Shown here: in pieces, positions 28,108-38,513 of the stretch
Layout: the number at the start of each line of letters is the position of its first letter
Position numbering within the stretch: the stretch's first letter is position 1
Assembly (NCBI GenBank): GCA_964371255.1
Contig: CAYJKV010000002.1
Span: 66,553 to 130,552, forward strand
Length of the DNA stretch: 64,000 bases
Direction: 5' to 3'
Source of the DNA: an uncultured Candidatus Saccharibacteria bacterium
GTDB lineage: Bacteria > Patescibacteriota > Andersenbacteria > UBA10190
Notes under the pieces: generated by a model
Seen by the model: only the letters and a program-made list of their open reading frames with translations
What the model was told of the DNA's origin: nothing
Database searches by the model: none
Made by a program: the position numbers and the translations under genes

Positions 28108-28560
28108 ATAAGACATGGTTGCTAAAACAGCTTCGTGTCGCGTCCTTAGTCCATTTTCTCTTTCGGCAATGCTAACCAGCCAGTCTCTGCGTAACTCCTC
28201 AATTAATGCGGCCTGTACTGCGCTATTTTCATCTTGTAGAGCAAACAGCAATTCACCGTACGTCTGGATTAATCCGGGAAGCGCTATGGATAATTTGCAT
28301 CCTTCGCCGTGTTGGTCGTGACATCTTAATATCGTCCTCGCTACCAACTTTATCGCACTAACTTCCGGCCAATAAAAAATCATCATTCCTTTACCGCACC
28401 GGCAATATCCAACATTGCGTAGCTTATTATTGGGCATAGGTTCCAATGGATCCCAGCCAACAGTCGAGAATAATTCCGGGTTGGCTTCCTTATTACCTCC
28501 TGGCAACAACACTCCGCCTTGTTTTCCTACCAAAATAAAGGGAATGATCACCTTTCGCAT
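28102..28560 (-). CDS. Hypothetical protein (orphan, Cys/His cluster)
   Basis: 152-aa ORF with AGGAG SD 7 nt before ATG 28560 and its own terminator; no family recognised. Confidence 0.7.
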   Translation of the reverse strand: MRKVIIPFILVGKQGGVLLPGGNKEANPELFSTVGWDPLEPMPNNKLRNVGYCRCGKGMMIFYWPEVSAIKLVARTILRCHDQHGEGCKLSIALPGLIQTYGELLFALQDENSAVQAALIEELRRDWLVSIAERENGLRTRHEAVLATMSYS

Positions 28561-28626
28561 TGCGTGTCTCCTAATAATAGAAAGAACCACTTAACCGCGC
28601 ATCATATTATGATAAACGATAATTAA

Positions 28627-29733
28627 TCAACTCTCAATTATCGCTAGTGTTTGTTTGGCTGTCTTGTCCCAGCTTACATTCTTTATTCGTTGCCTTCCCC
28701 TATTGATCAACTCTGCTCGTCCATTGATCGCTGCTTGGATACCATTTTTGATACTTAAGACATCAGTTGCTTTAATGATTTGCGCTGCGCCGCCCGCTAC
28801 ATCTGGTAACGCTGAATTATCACTTGTTACTACCGGACAGCCACAGCTCATCGCTTCCAATATTGGCATGCCGAATCCTTCATACAAACTGGGCAGCACA
28901 AAAACCTCTGCTCCCCAATATAAAGCGCGCAGCTCATTGTCCTTAACTGTTCCCAGGCGGTGAATTCTATTTTTAAACGGTGAATTATTATAAGCGTTAT
29001 CGATTGTTTGGCGTTTCCAGCCATGCCCCCCGGCCAATACTAATTGCCAATTATGATTCTCCGGCGCGAGCCGGTTAAAAGCTTTGATTAGTCTGACCAA
29101 ATTTTTTCTCGGCTGTATCTGCCCGACGTATAGAATATAAGGCTTGGTAATTCCCAGCTTCTGATTGATTACACCCATTGCCAATTGTGCCTCTTGCTCA
29201 TCCCGCGGCAAACGCCATTGCTCTTGATCTATGCCGTGTCCGACCACTCTAACTTCGCGGGTTCGCCGATAGTATTGAGCGATATCCCTGGCTGTCGCTT
29301 TCGACACCGCGATGATCTTCGTTGCTTGCCGGCAAACCTGAGCGCTGAATAGGTGCAGCAGCAGCCAGTCTTTGAAAGTAAATTGCCGGGGAAATTTGTG
29401 AATGGCTAAATCATGTACCACGGCTACCGTCTTCATTCTCGGCCTTAAAATCGGTAACTGCTGGATCGGCATGAATAATATCTCGGGTCGATACCGGTAA
29501 AGTTCCCATGGTAAACGAAGCTGCGTCCAGTATTTTGGCCAAGGTGATTTTAGTATTTTTACATTAGCGGCGGTTATTTCCTTTTCTACCCCTGGCGATA
29601 AAGAGGGACAAAAAAATAACCATTCATGTTTCGGTTGTAACTTTGGCAGCCTCTTCGCCAGCTCTTTGGTATATCTAGTCGTACCGTCCGCCCGGTTACT
29701 CGCTAAGTCTGAAATATCAAAGGCAATCTTCAT
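28627..29733 (-). CDS. GT4 glycosyltransferase
   Basis: VVHDL, AVSKAT, YVGQIQPRKN, PSLYEGFGMPILEAMSCG. Confidence 0.93.
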   Translation of the reverse strand: MKIAFDISDLASNRADGTTRYTKELAKRLPKLQPKHEWLFFCPSLSPGVEKEITAANVKILKSPWPKYWTQLRLPWELYRYRPEILFMPIQQLPILRPRMKTVAVVHDLAIHKFPRQFTFKDWLLLHLFSAQVCRQATKIIAVSKATARDIAQYYRRTREVRVVGHGIDQEQWRLPRDEQEAQLAMGVINQKLGITKPYILYVGQIQPRKNLVRLIKAFNRLAPENHNWQLVLAGGHGWKRQTIDNAYNNSPFKNRIHRLGTVKDNELRALYWGAEVFVLPSLYEGFGMPILEAMSCGCPVVTSDNSALPDVAGGAAQIIKATDVLSIKNGIQAAINGRAELINRGRQRIKNVSWDKTAKQTLAIIES

Positions 29734-29756
29734 AGTTCCACCTTATCACACTCCGC

Positions 29757-32396
29757 TTAAAGCTCACGGATAAGTTTCAGCAAAGTGGCAACTCGGTTAT
29801 CCCAGTCGTGCGGCTCTGCTGCCTTGATTCTTTCCCGGCCGCCTGCCTCAGGTGCTCGATATGCTCTTCGAATACCATTTATAAAATCACGCTCGTTTTT
29901 GGCATAATTAATTAAATTGACGTATTCTCTCAGCTCGGGTAACCCCGTGACAACAATTGGCTTGCCCGTCGCCATAAACTCCCAGAACTTTAAGGGAAAA
30001 CTCGCTGCGTTGTATTTATTGGCGCGATAAGGAATAACGCATACATCAAAACAGTGGACAAATTGAGGCACCTGCGCTGGCGGTATTGTCCCCAGTAAAC
30101 TAACATTCTGAAGGCTCGCTAACTTTTTTAAAAGCTTCTTTTTTCTATCGATAATCGGTGAGCCGATAAACACAAAACTCCAGTCAGGCTGTGCCTGTGC
30201 TGCCCGATACAATAGCTCAAAATCCACCTTATATTCGTCCAGCGCCCCCACTGATCCAATAATTGGTTTCTGGAGCTTGGCCAACTCCTTAGGACATTGG
30301 CTCTCTGGCCGGCTGAATAATTTTGTGTTGCCGGCATTGAGCACTAATTTCACGTTGCGCCCTTTTTTGCTTTTACTATGAAAGAGACGTTTTGACGTCA
30401 CGCAAATTAGATCGGCCCGCTGCATAATCCTCTCTTCTTCCTCCTTTACCCGTGTCGGGTTTCTGTCTACGCCTGCTTGCGCCGCGTGGTCGTCTACACA
30501 ATCATAGATGACTTTGTCACCCTTGAAGGCGGATAAATATTCGGCTGCTTCAGTATCGTATACCCACATTATTCTCTCTCCTCGCTTGAATTTAAGCAGC
30601 GTCGCTATGTTTAAAACATTATAGCGGTTCAGTAGATGATTAAACCTGGCGACTGCACCCAGCTCCCTTGATCCAGGGATTAAATTAAACTGTGCCTTGA
30701 TATACAGGTTGTCATTTATTCGCTGGTACCAGAACAATCGCTTGCCATAAGACCAGATTCTTCCCGGCCTGCCTAAATTTTTCCCAATATATTTAACTAT
30801 CCACACCCGAGGTTCAACATACAGAACTGGTATATGGCAGCTAATTCTTGACATCACGTTTTGTCGGTTGGTCCATGTATTCGCGCCGTATTCAGCGCCG
30901 GCAAAACAAACAATTGTGTTCCTTACAGGCATTTTCCCTCTCCTGACCTCCCTCCGGCCCATTAAGGCTAACTCTTTGACGCCTGGTATCAGACGGCTCT
31001 TTCTGGCTTCGAACCAGACAAATCCTCCCAATAAAATAAACGCCATCAATCGCCATCCGAAAGGTGGATCAAAAAATAACCAACAAAAACTTACGGCTAG
31101 TAATAACAGAAACAGTAGCAATTGCCTTGTGAGTACACTGACGCCAAACTTTGTCTTGGCGATCGTCACCATCAGCGCGTAAGACAGCAATACGCCCCCT
31201 AACACGGCCCAGGCTGATAACAAAGGGTCTGGTTTCACAAATAGTAAACCGGTCATAATCACCCCTGTCACGCTGGTCATTAACAGGTATGTGTAAGCCC
31301 GTAATTTTGGGGCATCGGCTGGCACGAACACGCTGCTAGTCCCAATGTCGACTAACGTATAGAGGAAAAAGCCAAGGGTCATCACCAGGATTATCTTATG
31401 CGCTGCCAGATATTCTGCGCCGATTACATATTGTAAAATTTCTGGTGTGAAAAATAGCAGCAGCAACGCAATTCCCATCATCAACACCAATACCCGCTGC
31501 ATGTTACGAGTGACTACTTGGGCGAATTCGCCCCTTTGCTTCGTATAGAGGGAACTCATCCAGGCCAGATTCACCTCAGATAAGGCCATTGCTATTATCG
31601 TCATCTTCGAACCGAAAGTTTGTGATACATTCAAATAGCCCAGCTGTTCAGCCGATAGCACGCCACCTAACATGAGAATCGGCAAGCGCTGCCATAATAT
31701 AAAGAATATTCTGGCTGCGTACATATAAGCGCCAATACGCATCACGCGCCAGCCATATTTTTTTACGTCCGACCAGCTAGGCAACGCGAGATTCTGTTTC
31801 AACGCTCGGGTAATCAGCCAGAACAACAAAATAATCATTAGGGTGGTGGTTAACACAATTGCCCAAAAGAAACCAGCGACGCCAAATTTCCAAGCCATAT
31901 AGCCAAACACCGCCACGTTAATTGCTGCCGTCACAATTTGCACTACATAAAGTTCAATGAACTTCTTCATGCCAGTCAGCGTCGCGCCCATTACGTCCTG
32001 TAAGCCTTGCAACACTAACACGCCAGCGAACACTTCTAAAAAAGTTTCAATCTCGGGACGTCCGTATACTCGGCCGGCAATTAAACCTGCCAACAACAGC
32101 AATCCTACTGATAAGGGGATAGTTACGATTTGTCTAACCAGATGCGACACCCAAAATACCTTGCCAACCTCGCGGTTATTTTCTAAGACCGCGATCTCTC
32201 TGATCGCGCCATCGACAATCCCTAAATGCTGCGATACACCAATCACACCGCCAATTGACATCACTAATCCCACCAAGCCATATTCAGCCGGCGAAAATAT
32301 CCGAATAATTATAATGCTTTGTATGATGCCCAGCGCGGTTGTTACCGTCTTGGCTCCGATTGATATCGCTTGAATTCTACCCAGTTTGAACGGCAT
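29757..32396 (-). CDS. Wzx-type flippase fused to a GT4 (TuaH-like) glycosyltransferase
   Basis: First ~465 aa multi-TM (FSPAEYG, LGYL); C-terminal VLYVEP, IYDCVDDH, FPLKFWEFMATGKPIV; one continuous frame. Confidence 0.85.
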   Translation of the reverse strand: MPFKLGRIQAISIGAKTVTTALGIIQSIIIIRIFSPAEYGLVGLVMSIGGVIGVSQHLGIVDGAIREIAVLENNREVGKVFWVSHLVRQIVTIPLSVGLLLLAGLIAGRVYGRPEIETFLEVFAGVLVLQGLQDVMGATLTGMKKFIELYVVQIVTAAINVAVFGYMAWKFGVAGFFWAIVLTTTLMIILLFWLITRALKQNLALPSWSDVKKYGWRVMRIGAYMYAARIFFILWQRLPILMLGGVLSAEQLGYLNVSQTFGSKMTIIAMALSEVNLAWMSSLYTKQRGEFAQVVTRNMQRVLVLMMGIALLLLFFTPEILQYVIGAEYLAAHKIILVMTLGFFLYTLVDIGTSSVFVPADAPKLRAYTYLLMTSVTGVIMTGLLFVKPDPLLSAWAVLGGVLLSYALMVTIAKTKFGVSVLTRQLLLFLLLLAVSFCWLFFDPPFGWRLMAFILLGGFVWFEARKSRLIPGVKELALMGRREVRRGKMPVRNTIVCFAGAEYGANTWTNRQNVMSRISCHIPVLYVEPRVWIVKYIGKNLGRPGRIWSYGKRLFWYQRINDNLYIKAQFNLIPGSRELGAVARFNHLLNRYNVLNIATLLKFKRGERIMWVYDTEAAEYLSAFKGDKVIYDCVDDHAAQAGVDRNPTRVKEEEERIMQRADLICVTSKRLFHSKSKKGRNVKLVLNAGNTKLFSRPESQCPKELAKLQKPIIGSVGALDEYKVDFELLYRAAQAQPDWSFVFIGSPIIDRKKKLLKKLASLQNVSLLGTIPPAQVPQFVHCFDVCVIPYRANKYNAASFPLKFWEFMATGKPIVVTGLPELREYVNLINYAKNERDFINGIRRAYRAPEAGGRERIKAAEPHDWDNRVATLLKLIREL

Positions 32397-32646
32397 ATGA
32401 ATAAATTAAATAGTACATCATAATCCACGCATTTCCCTGATCCGTCAAATGCTGATCAGTGCTTGCCTTAATACTTCAGCAAGGTTAACCGCGGTGCTTA
32501 TTATTAGTACTACTCAAGCCCTTTCTTACTACTCACCCTTCACTTAAGGTTTCATCTTCCCGAGGGTTTCTATTATTACCAAAAAACAAACCGCCCCCCG
32601 CCCTTCTTCACAAATTTGGTTATCGAAGGTTTCAGTTAATTAGATT

Positions 32647-33858
32647 TTACTGTGCCACTATGCCCAAAATGGCCTGCTCAATAACTTTGATCCTCTCTTC
32701 CCACGTGAATTTCTCCCTTGCCCTTTTCTGTGCTGCCCGCCCTAATTTTTCCCGAAAATTCTTATCCCTTAAGATTTTAGCCATGGCCTTTTCTATCGCC
32801 TGGGTCTCGCCGGACTCGACTATTATTCCCGTCCCTCCATCTATCACGGCTTCCGGAATCCCGCCGGTTCTGGTTGCCACAGCCGGTACGCCTTGGGCGG
32901 CTGCTTCCAGATAAACTATACCGAAGCCCTCGATGTCATCACCTAATGGTTTTGGCGTCAGTGCGAATAAAACTGCACCCGCATATAGCGCCGGCAAATC
33001 TGCGTTTGGTACCTCGGGTAAAAATAAAACGGCGGGATCAATTAATTCCCGCTCTACTGCCTTCTGCAGCGCTGACAACTGTGGCCCATCACCAACTATT
33101 ACCAGTGACGTATTACCAAATTCTGTCTGGTCCAATCTGGCAAAAGCCGCAATTAGCTCATCCCATCCCTTGCGTTCAATTAACCGCCCGACGCCAATCA
33201 CGTATGGTCTCCTGATATCATATTTCTTCAGCACCTTAACAATGTCTTCCTCGGCCACTGCACTGAAAATTATGTCATCTACTCCCGGCCAGGCCTTAAC
33301 AATTTTTTGTTCATTCACACCAATTTGTTTCAAGCTATCGCGGATCTGATCATTCAGGCAAAAAACTGCACTCGCTTCTTTGGTCACCATCCTTAATTTT
33401 TTCTTTTCTCGCCAGTGCTGGCGCCACCTTTCGATTTCCATGCCATATGTAAATATCACATACGGGATACCCAGTTTTTGTTTGATTAAATAACCGACCA
33501 ATCCTTCGAATAATCCTTTGCCACATAATACCGCGTCAAATTTCTCATCTTGGGCTCGCTTCTTTATCCACCAGTAAAGTCTTAGCCATCGGGGACGAAA
33601 CATTTTATTATAAAACCTCTTTCTAATAACTGCCACCTTGCGCCCTGTTTTGGGTGATCCGCTTGAGGTAATTACCTTAAATAGCGATTCTTCTCCGCTT
33701 TTCTCCGCTGTCGAATCCAAAAATTCGTGGTCATGTTTTAGTGCCACGACCGTGACTTCATGCCCATTCACCGCTAGATAATTAGCTATATGCCACAGAT
33801 AATTTTCTATTCCGCCAACATGCGGTGGCCAATTTTCAGTCAACATCAACAATTTCAT
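32647..33858 (-). CDS. GT4 glycosyltransferase (PimB-like)
   Basis: WPPHVGGIE, GRLIERKG, EGFGIVYLEAAA.G.P..GGIPEAV. Confidence 0.93.
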   Translation of the reverse strand: MKLLMLTENWPPHVGGIENYLWHIANYLAVNGHEVTVVALKHDHEFLDSTAEKSGEESLFKVITSSGSPKTGRKVAVIRKRFYNKMFRPRWLRLYWWIKKRAQDEKFDAVLCGKGLFEGLVGYLIKQKLGIPYVIFTYGMEIERWRQHWREKKKLRMVTKEASAVFCLNDQIRDSLKQIGVNEQKIVKAWPGVDDIIFSAVAEEDIVKVLKKYDIRRPYVIGVGRLIERKGWDELIAAFARLDQTEFGNTSLVIVGDGPQLSALQKAVERELIDPAVLFLPEVPNADLPALYAGAVLFALTPKPLGDDIEGFGIVYLEAAAQGVPAVATRTGGIPEAVIDGGTGIIVESGETQAIEKAMAKILRDKNFREKLGRAAQKRAREKFTWEERIKVIEQAILGIVAQ

Positions 33859-33989
33859 ATATTTACATCCATACTATCACTTCTCGCTCGTGTTTACTCA
33901 ATACACAAGCTATCCCATTTGCTGACAATGCCCGATATTCCACCATTCGGCCTATTACTAATCCGCCGCTAATACGATCTAATGGAATA

Positions 33990-35432
33990 TTAATACGCTT
34001 TAACTAATCTTATGTTTTGATAGAAATACTTTAATATCTTCTGGTAGCTCCAACCGTCTTTATTCGCGAAACCATATGCTCCTTGCGCGCTCATGCCCAC
34101 GCAGTGTCCCTTGCATGAACTGGCCACGTGATGAGGGTCACTAACAGACTTTTGCAGGTGCGGAAACCGATCGGTGTTCCAGGCTTCCTTGGCTGACCGC
34201 GTCCGTCCATCAGAGTCGGAAAAGTACACGGTCGATACTGGCGTATCGCCCTCGCTATCTGCCACAATTATCCCCTTGACCTTATTAAAGACGGTGGCCA
34301 TTCTCGGCGTTATTATTTCATATTCGTAACCGCGGTAAATCTGATCAGCGGCTGTTTTCCCTATGTCGTACCCCCGGTTCACACTCCGTCCGCCCGTCAC
34401 GGCTTTGTGGTAAAGCACGTATGTTCTAGCCGCGATACTGAGTGCCTTGAGATACTCCTCCGGACCTTCACCAGACGTCTCCGCCAATCCGCGCAAGTAA
34501 TATTCTGTCCGAAGTTCATTGATCGCCCAGAGTTCATTAATCCCATCGCCTTTTCGTATCTCTATAATCCCGCGAAATCTATTATAGTTTTTCCCCGGAT
34601 AAGTAGCTGATGGATCAGAATAGCTTTTAATTTGCATGACCGCTTGATCTAGCGGTACTAACCTGATTTTGTTTATGGTATCAAAGCTTACGCCGCTGCC
34701 CCTGACGTGGTATTTGCCATCCGACCAGCTCACCTGCACAACATCATCTTTGCCTAACGTACTTAGTATTTTGCTACCGCCTTCCCGAATCTGGTATTTG
34801 CCGCTGCTGGTTAAACTGATGGCTGAGCCATCTGTGCCATAGATCCCTATGCGTACTTGGTCGCCCATTGGATGAGTGCTTAATCCAGACACGCTCCGGC
34901 TGGTCACCCCCGTTTGTGCCTCACTGCTCCCCGTCTGCCCGCAAATTGTATCCTTACCTTTCCTGACGTTCTTTTGTTTATGAAACTGCATCGAACTTAT
35001 CAGGGCCTTGGCCGTTTTAATTTCATTACAACTAATTCGTTTCCGCCACCACGCCTTCTCGGCATTACTGGGATTGCTGCCATAAATATTAATAAAAACC
35101 GGCAACACATCCTTGATTAGCTGTTGTTTATTGTCGCCCGCCGCTGTTGCTTTTGTGCTGCTGCTCTTAGTACTCACTGCTGTTGTCCCGACTGTGAGTC
35201 CTTTCGATTTTTGGTACGACATCGCCCCCACCAACGAGTTCCAGTCATTCTTCTCACCGCTTAGCACTCGTTTCGCCCAATAGGTATTTTCTGCAGCTTG
35301 TGGATTTCTGCCATAAACAAAACGAAAAGCTTCGTTCACTCTATTGACCAGAGACTGCGCTTGGACCGGTCTAAAACCAATTATTCCAGCGCTTAATATC
35401 ATGACGATTGCTATCACTTTTATTTTAATCAT
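33990..35432 (-). CDS. Secreted SpoIID/LytB-domain lytic transglycosylase with two N-terminal helical repeats
   Basis: Signal peptide; YYLRGLAE..LKALSIAARTY, DQIYRG, YFSDSDGRT, GHCVGMSAQGA..SYQKILKYFY. Confidence 0.88.
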   Translation of the reverse strand: MIKIKVIAIVMILSAGIIGFRPVQAQSLVNRVNEAFRFVYGRNPQAAENTYWAKRVLSGEKNDWNSLVGAMSYQKSKGLTVGTTAVSTKSSSTKATAAGDNKQQLIKDVLPVFINIYGSNPSNAEKAWWRKRISCNEIKTAKALISSMQFHKQKNVRKGKDTICGQTGSSEAQTGVTSRSVSGLSTHPMGDQVRIGIYGTDGSAISLTSSGKYQIREGGSKILSTLGKDDVVQVSWSDGKYHVRGSGVSFDTINKIRLVPLDQAVMQIKSYSDPSATYPGKNYNRFRGIIEIRKGDGINELWAINELRTEYYLRGLAETSGEGPEEYLKALSIAARTYVLYHKAVTGGRSVNRGYDIGKTAADQIYRGYEYEIITPRMATVFNKVKGIIVADSEGDTPVSTVYFSDSDGRTRSAKEAWNTDRFPHLQKSVSDPHHVASSCKGHCVGMSAQGAYGFANKDGWSYQKILKYFYQNIRLVKAY

Positions 35433-35642
35433 GTTATTTCATCCTACCTTACAACGCTTTGTTTGTTAACAACCTTACCTGAATCTGTGACTTGGACTTA
35501 TTCACTAAAACAGATAATCGCACGAACCGCCGTGCTATACTTTAGCTGTGTTTGCAGATTCTCCAGATACCTGGCTGGACACAACACTCTATTTGACAAT
35601 TTCGGAACTATCAAGCATATTAACACCTCATTTAATCATTTC

Positions 35643-36704
35643 ATGCGTACTCATAACCCATCCCCAACCCCTTCTTGCCTGTCGCCAGCAACTTTAATGG
35701 CGCAGCATAGTCAGTCTGGCGCCAAACCGAATTCGGCCTCCCGCCTGGCAATCATTCTACCTGCCCTCAATGAAGCTAAAACCATCGGCTCGGTCATCGC
35801 GCGCGTACCGCATAATATTGCTGGCATTATCGACGTTACTGTCATTGTCATAGATGACGGTTCGACCGACTTAACCGCCGACATCGCCCGCTCCTTTGGC
35901 GCCGTCGTTGTCTCGCACGATTTAAATAAAGGGGTTGGTGCCGCTTTTCACACTGGCCTGCGGACGGCCTTGGCGTCAGGTGCGGACATTATTGTTAATA
36001 TAGATGCTGACGGACAATTTAATCCGAGCGATATCCCCTCCCTGATCAAGCCCATTCAATCTGATCAAGCCGACTTTGTCACCGCTACCCGTTTTGCCGA
36101 TCCCGCCCTGACGCCCCAGATGCCAGCGATCAAACTGCTTGGTAATCACCTCATGACCGCGATGGTGAATTTTATTACCAAGAAAAAATTTACCGACGTT
36201 TCCTGCGGTTTCCGTGCTTATTCGCGGGAAGCTGCGTTGCGACTGACTTTGTTTGGTTATTTTACTTACACTCAGGAAACATTTATCGACCTGGCCTTCA
36301 AGCAGATTAGGATGGTGGAGGTGCCCCTGGCTATCCGCGGCGTCAGGCAGCATGGCCGCTCTCGGGTGGCTAATAATCTTTGGCGTTACGGTTTGAAAAC
36401 GACTACTATTATTTTCCGTGCGGCGCGTGATTATCGTCCGCATTATTTCTTCGGATTGCCAGGCTTAGTAATTTTTGCCAGTGGGGTAGGCAGCGGTCTT
36501 TTTTTGCTGCAGCATTTTTTACGGACTGGCCAAACATTTCCCTATCGCTCACTAGTACAACTGTCCGGTATTCTAATTATTGTTGGTTTTTTGCTGCTGT
36601 TCCTGTCCTTGCTGGCTGACATGATGCATCGCAACCGCATTATCGTGGAGGAGGCAGTTTATCATGCCCGCAAAGCTTCCTACCAGAATACGGATCTCCG
36701 CTGA
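35643..36704 (+). CDS. GT2 polyprenyl-phosphate glycosyltransferase (DPM/DPG-synthase-like) with two C-terminal TMs
   Basis: LPALNEA, IDDGSTD, NKGVG, IDADGQF, DVSCGFRAY. Start 35643 or 35697; the track's 35463 is likely over-extended. Confidence 0.88.
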   Translation: MRTHNPSPTPSCLSPATLMAQHSQSGAKPNSASRLAIILPALNEAKTIGSVIARVPHNIAGIIDVTVIVIDDGSTDLTADIARSFGAVVVSHDLNKGVGAAFHTGLRTALASGADIIVNIDADGQFNPSDIPSLIKPIQSDQADFVTATRFADPALTPQMPAIKLLGNHLMTAMVNFITKKKFTDVSCGFRAYSREAALRLTLFGYFTYTQETFIDLAFKQIRMVEVPLAIRGVRQHGRSRVANNLWRYGLKTTTIIFRAARDYRPHYFFGLPGLVIFASGVGSGLFLLQHFLRTGQTFPYRSLVQLSGILIIVGFLLLFLSLLADMMHRNRIIVEEAVYHARKASYQNTDLR

Positions 36705-36734
36705 ACAGCCTTTCGCTGTCTAAATTTCTATCTT

Positions 36735-37856
36735 GTGCCAGCGTCAACCTCGTCGACCATCAAAATATTGTTTATTTCCCGGGGCTGTCGTCTCTCCGCC
36801 GGAGGCATGGAGCGTTTTAGCTACGACCTCATCCATGCCGCTCACCGCCAACCGGATTTATCCGTCTCTGCTATTTATCATCACGGTCATCGCTTAACCT
36901 CCCCTCTTTTTTCTATCCTTGTCATCCCTCGTGTTCTCTGGCAAGCCCGCCGTTTTGATGTCGTCCATCTGGGCGATCCTATGTTAGCTCTGGCTGGCTG
37001 GCTAGTAAAAACCATCTGGCGGAAACAAGTGGCAGTTTCCGTTCATGGTCTGGATATCACGTATCCCAATACTTTCTATCAGTTATACCTGCGCTTGTTC
37101 TTTTGCCAGCTCGATCAATATTTCCCCATTAGCTCACATGTTGCGAAATTACTGCGCTCATTTAATGTGACTGGTCATGTCCATGTTATTAATCCGCCTC
37201 TTTCCATCGACTACTTCGATCCTACTATCAATCGTGCTCAACTTTCATCCTGGCTGTCGCGTTTTAACATTGCTTCTCCTGCCGCTGACAATGGCGATCG
37301 CCCGATATATTTCTTAACCACGGGTCGTCTGGTTAGTCGCAAAGGCCAAGCCTGGTTCATCCAGTCTGTCCTGCCTCATTTACCTGCTCGGGTGCAGTAC
37401 TTGATTGCTGGCAGTGGACCGTTGGATCAATCCTTGCGCCAATTGATTAAGACACTGCAGCTTGATGATCGTGTTCACTTACTAGGACGTGTTTCGGTTG
37501 ATGATTTGCGTCTTCTCTACAACACTGTTGACGCCTACCTGCAGCCCAACATTCAAACCAAGAACGATGTTGAAGGATTCGGCCTGGTCGTGCTGGAGGC
37601 AGCTGCTTGCGAGCTGCCTGTCTATGCCTCCGCTGTCGACGGTATACCGGATGCCATTATTGATAATAAAAATGGCCGCTTGCTGCCAGCTGGTGATCCA
37701 CTCTCGTGGCAAACTGCTTTGGAGCAATACATATTAAAACCACACCGTTCCCCGGCAGCGCGCGCTTACACCCTCCAAAAATTCAATTGGACTTCTTATC
37801 TACAAACAATGCTTAATGCTTTAGGCCAGGATCCGGTGTCGCACAGTCGTTACTAA
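36735..37856 (+). CDS. GT4 glycosyltransferase
   Basis: GGMERF, VHGLD, GRLVSRKG, EGFGLVVLEAAA. Confidence 0.92.
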   Translation: MPASTSSTIKILFISRGCRLSAGGMERFSYDLIHAAHRQPDLSVSAIYHHGHRLTSPLFSILVIPRVLWQARRFDVVHLGDPMLALAGWLVKTIWRKQVAVSVHGLDITYPNTFYQLYLRLFFCQLDQYFPISSHVAKLLRSFNVTGHVHVINPPLSIDYFDPTINRAQLSSWLSRFNIASPAADNGDRPIYFLTTGRLVSRKGQAWFIQSVLPHLPARVQYLIAGSGPLDQSLRQLIKTLQLDDRVHLLGRVSVDDLRLLYNTVDAYLQPNIQTKNDVEGFGLVVLEAAACELPVYASAVDGIPDAIIDNKNGRLLPAGDPLSWQTALEQYILKPHRSPAARAYTLQKFNWTSYLQTMLNALGQDPVSHSRY

Positions 37857-38513
37857 TCTTCCGATGGCGCCGGATCGTCCCGCATCAATTTCTCTGCGAT
37901 ATGATGGCAACGCCAGCATTTCATACGTGCATCGTCCGTCATAGTTAATTTTGTTGGGATGAATTTCCCACTCATCAAAAAAATATTGTAGCGCAGTTTT
38001 GAGTGATAAATAAATGGATCCATGGTGCCAATGTGTCGCCCGGCCGAACCGCAATCGGAACCGGCGCAGCATCAAACTCTCATGCGAATAAGTATTATGG
38101 AATTCACAGATATGCGGTCCCACATAAATGTTATCAATTTCTTTTGGTTCCAGATAATTTAGCGCATTATCCAACAGGCCGTTTACTATCGTTTTTCTGC
38201 TGACATGCAATGCCAGCACTTTCTCTTCCGTCATTATTATTACCGGTGCGCAATCTGCCGTATCAATGCCGATCACCCGGTCATCATCGATAGATAGATA
38301 AATTCCATCTGCTTCTGTCTCGCTAGTTATATGTGCCGCCCGCACGATATTGCCGCCGTGTGTCTGGTTAACTTTGACTATTTGATCGTCTGTTGTTTGG
38401 TCATTTATTTCTGATACGATCCATCGTCCGAATGTTTTACCTTCAGTTTGTTTTGGCTCCCGAGCCACTTGTTTTATAAATGGCGAGGTCCCCATTGTGA
38501 AATACTTTTTCAT
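37821..38513 (-). CDS. pgeF: PgeF/YfiH (laccase-domain) protein
   Basis: NQTHG, EADG, TADCAPV, ALH, GPHI, C-terminal CT..SYRR. Confidence 0.8.
   Translation of the reverse strand: MKKYFTMGTSPFIKQVAREPKQTEGKTFGRWIVSEINDQTTDDQIVKVNQTHGGNIVRAAHITSETEADGIYLSIDDDRVIGIDTADCAPVIIMTEEKVLALHVSRKTIVNGLLDNALNYLEPKEIDNIYVGPHICEFHNTYSHESLMLRRFRLRFGRATHWHHGSIYLSLKTALQYFFDEWEIHPNKINYDGRCTYEMLALPSYRREIDAGRSGAIGRLVTTVRHRILA

Noticed and set aside
28102-28560. Nudix hydrolase call from LLPGGNKE
   Set aside because: The REUxEE part of the Nudix box does not follow at the required spacing
32397-32646. Riboswitch upstream of the flippase-GT fusion
   Set aside because: Only short alternative 5-6 bp stems; no recognisable aptamer or terminator
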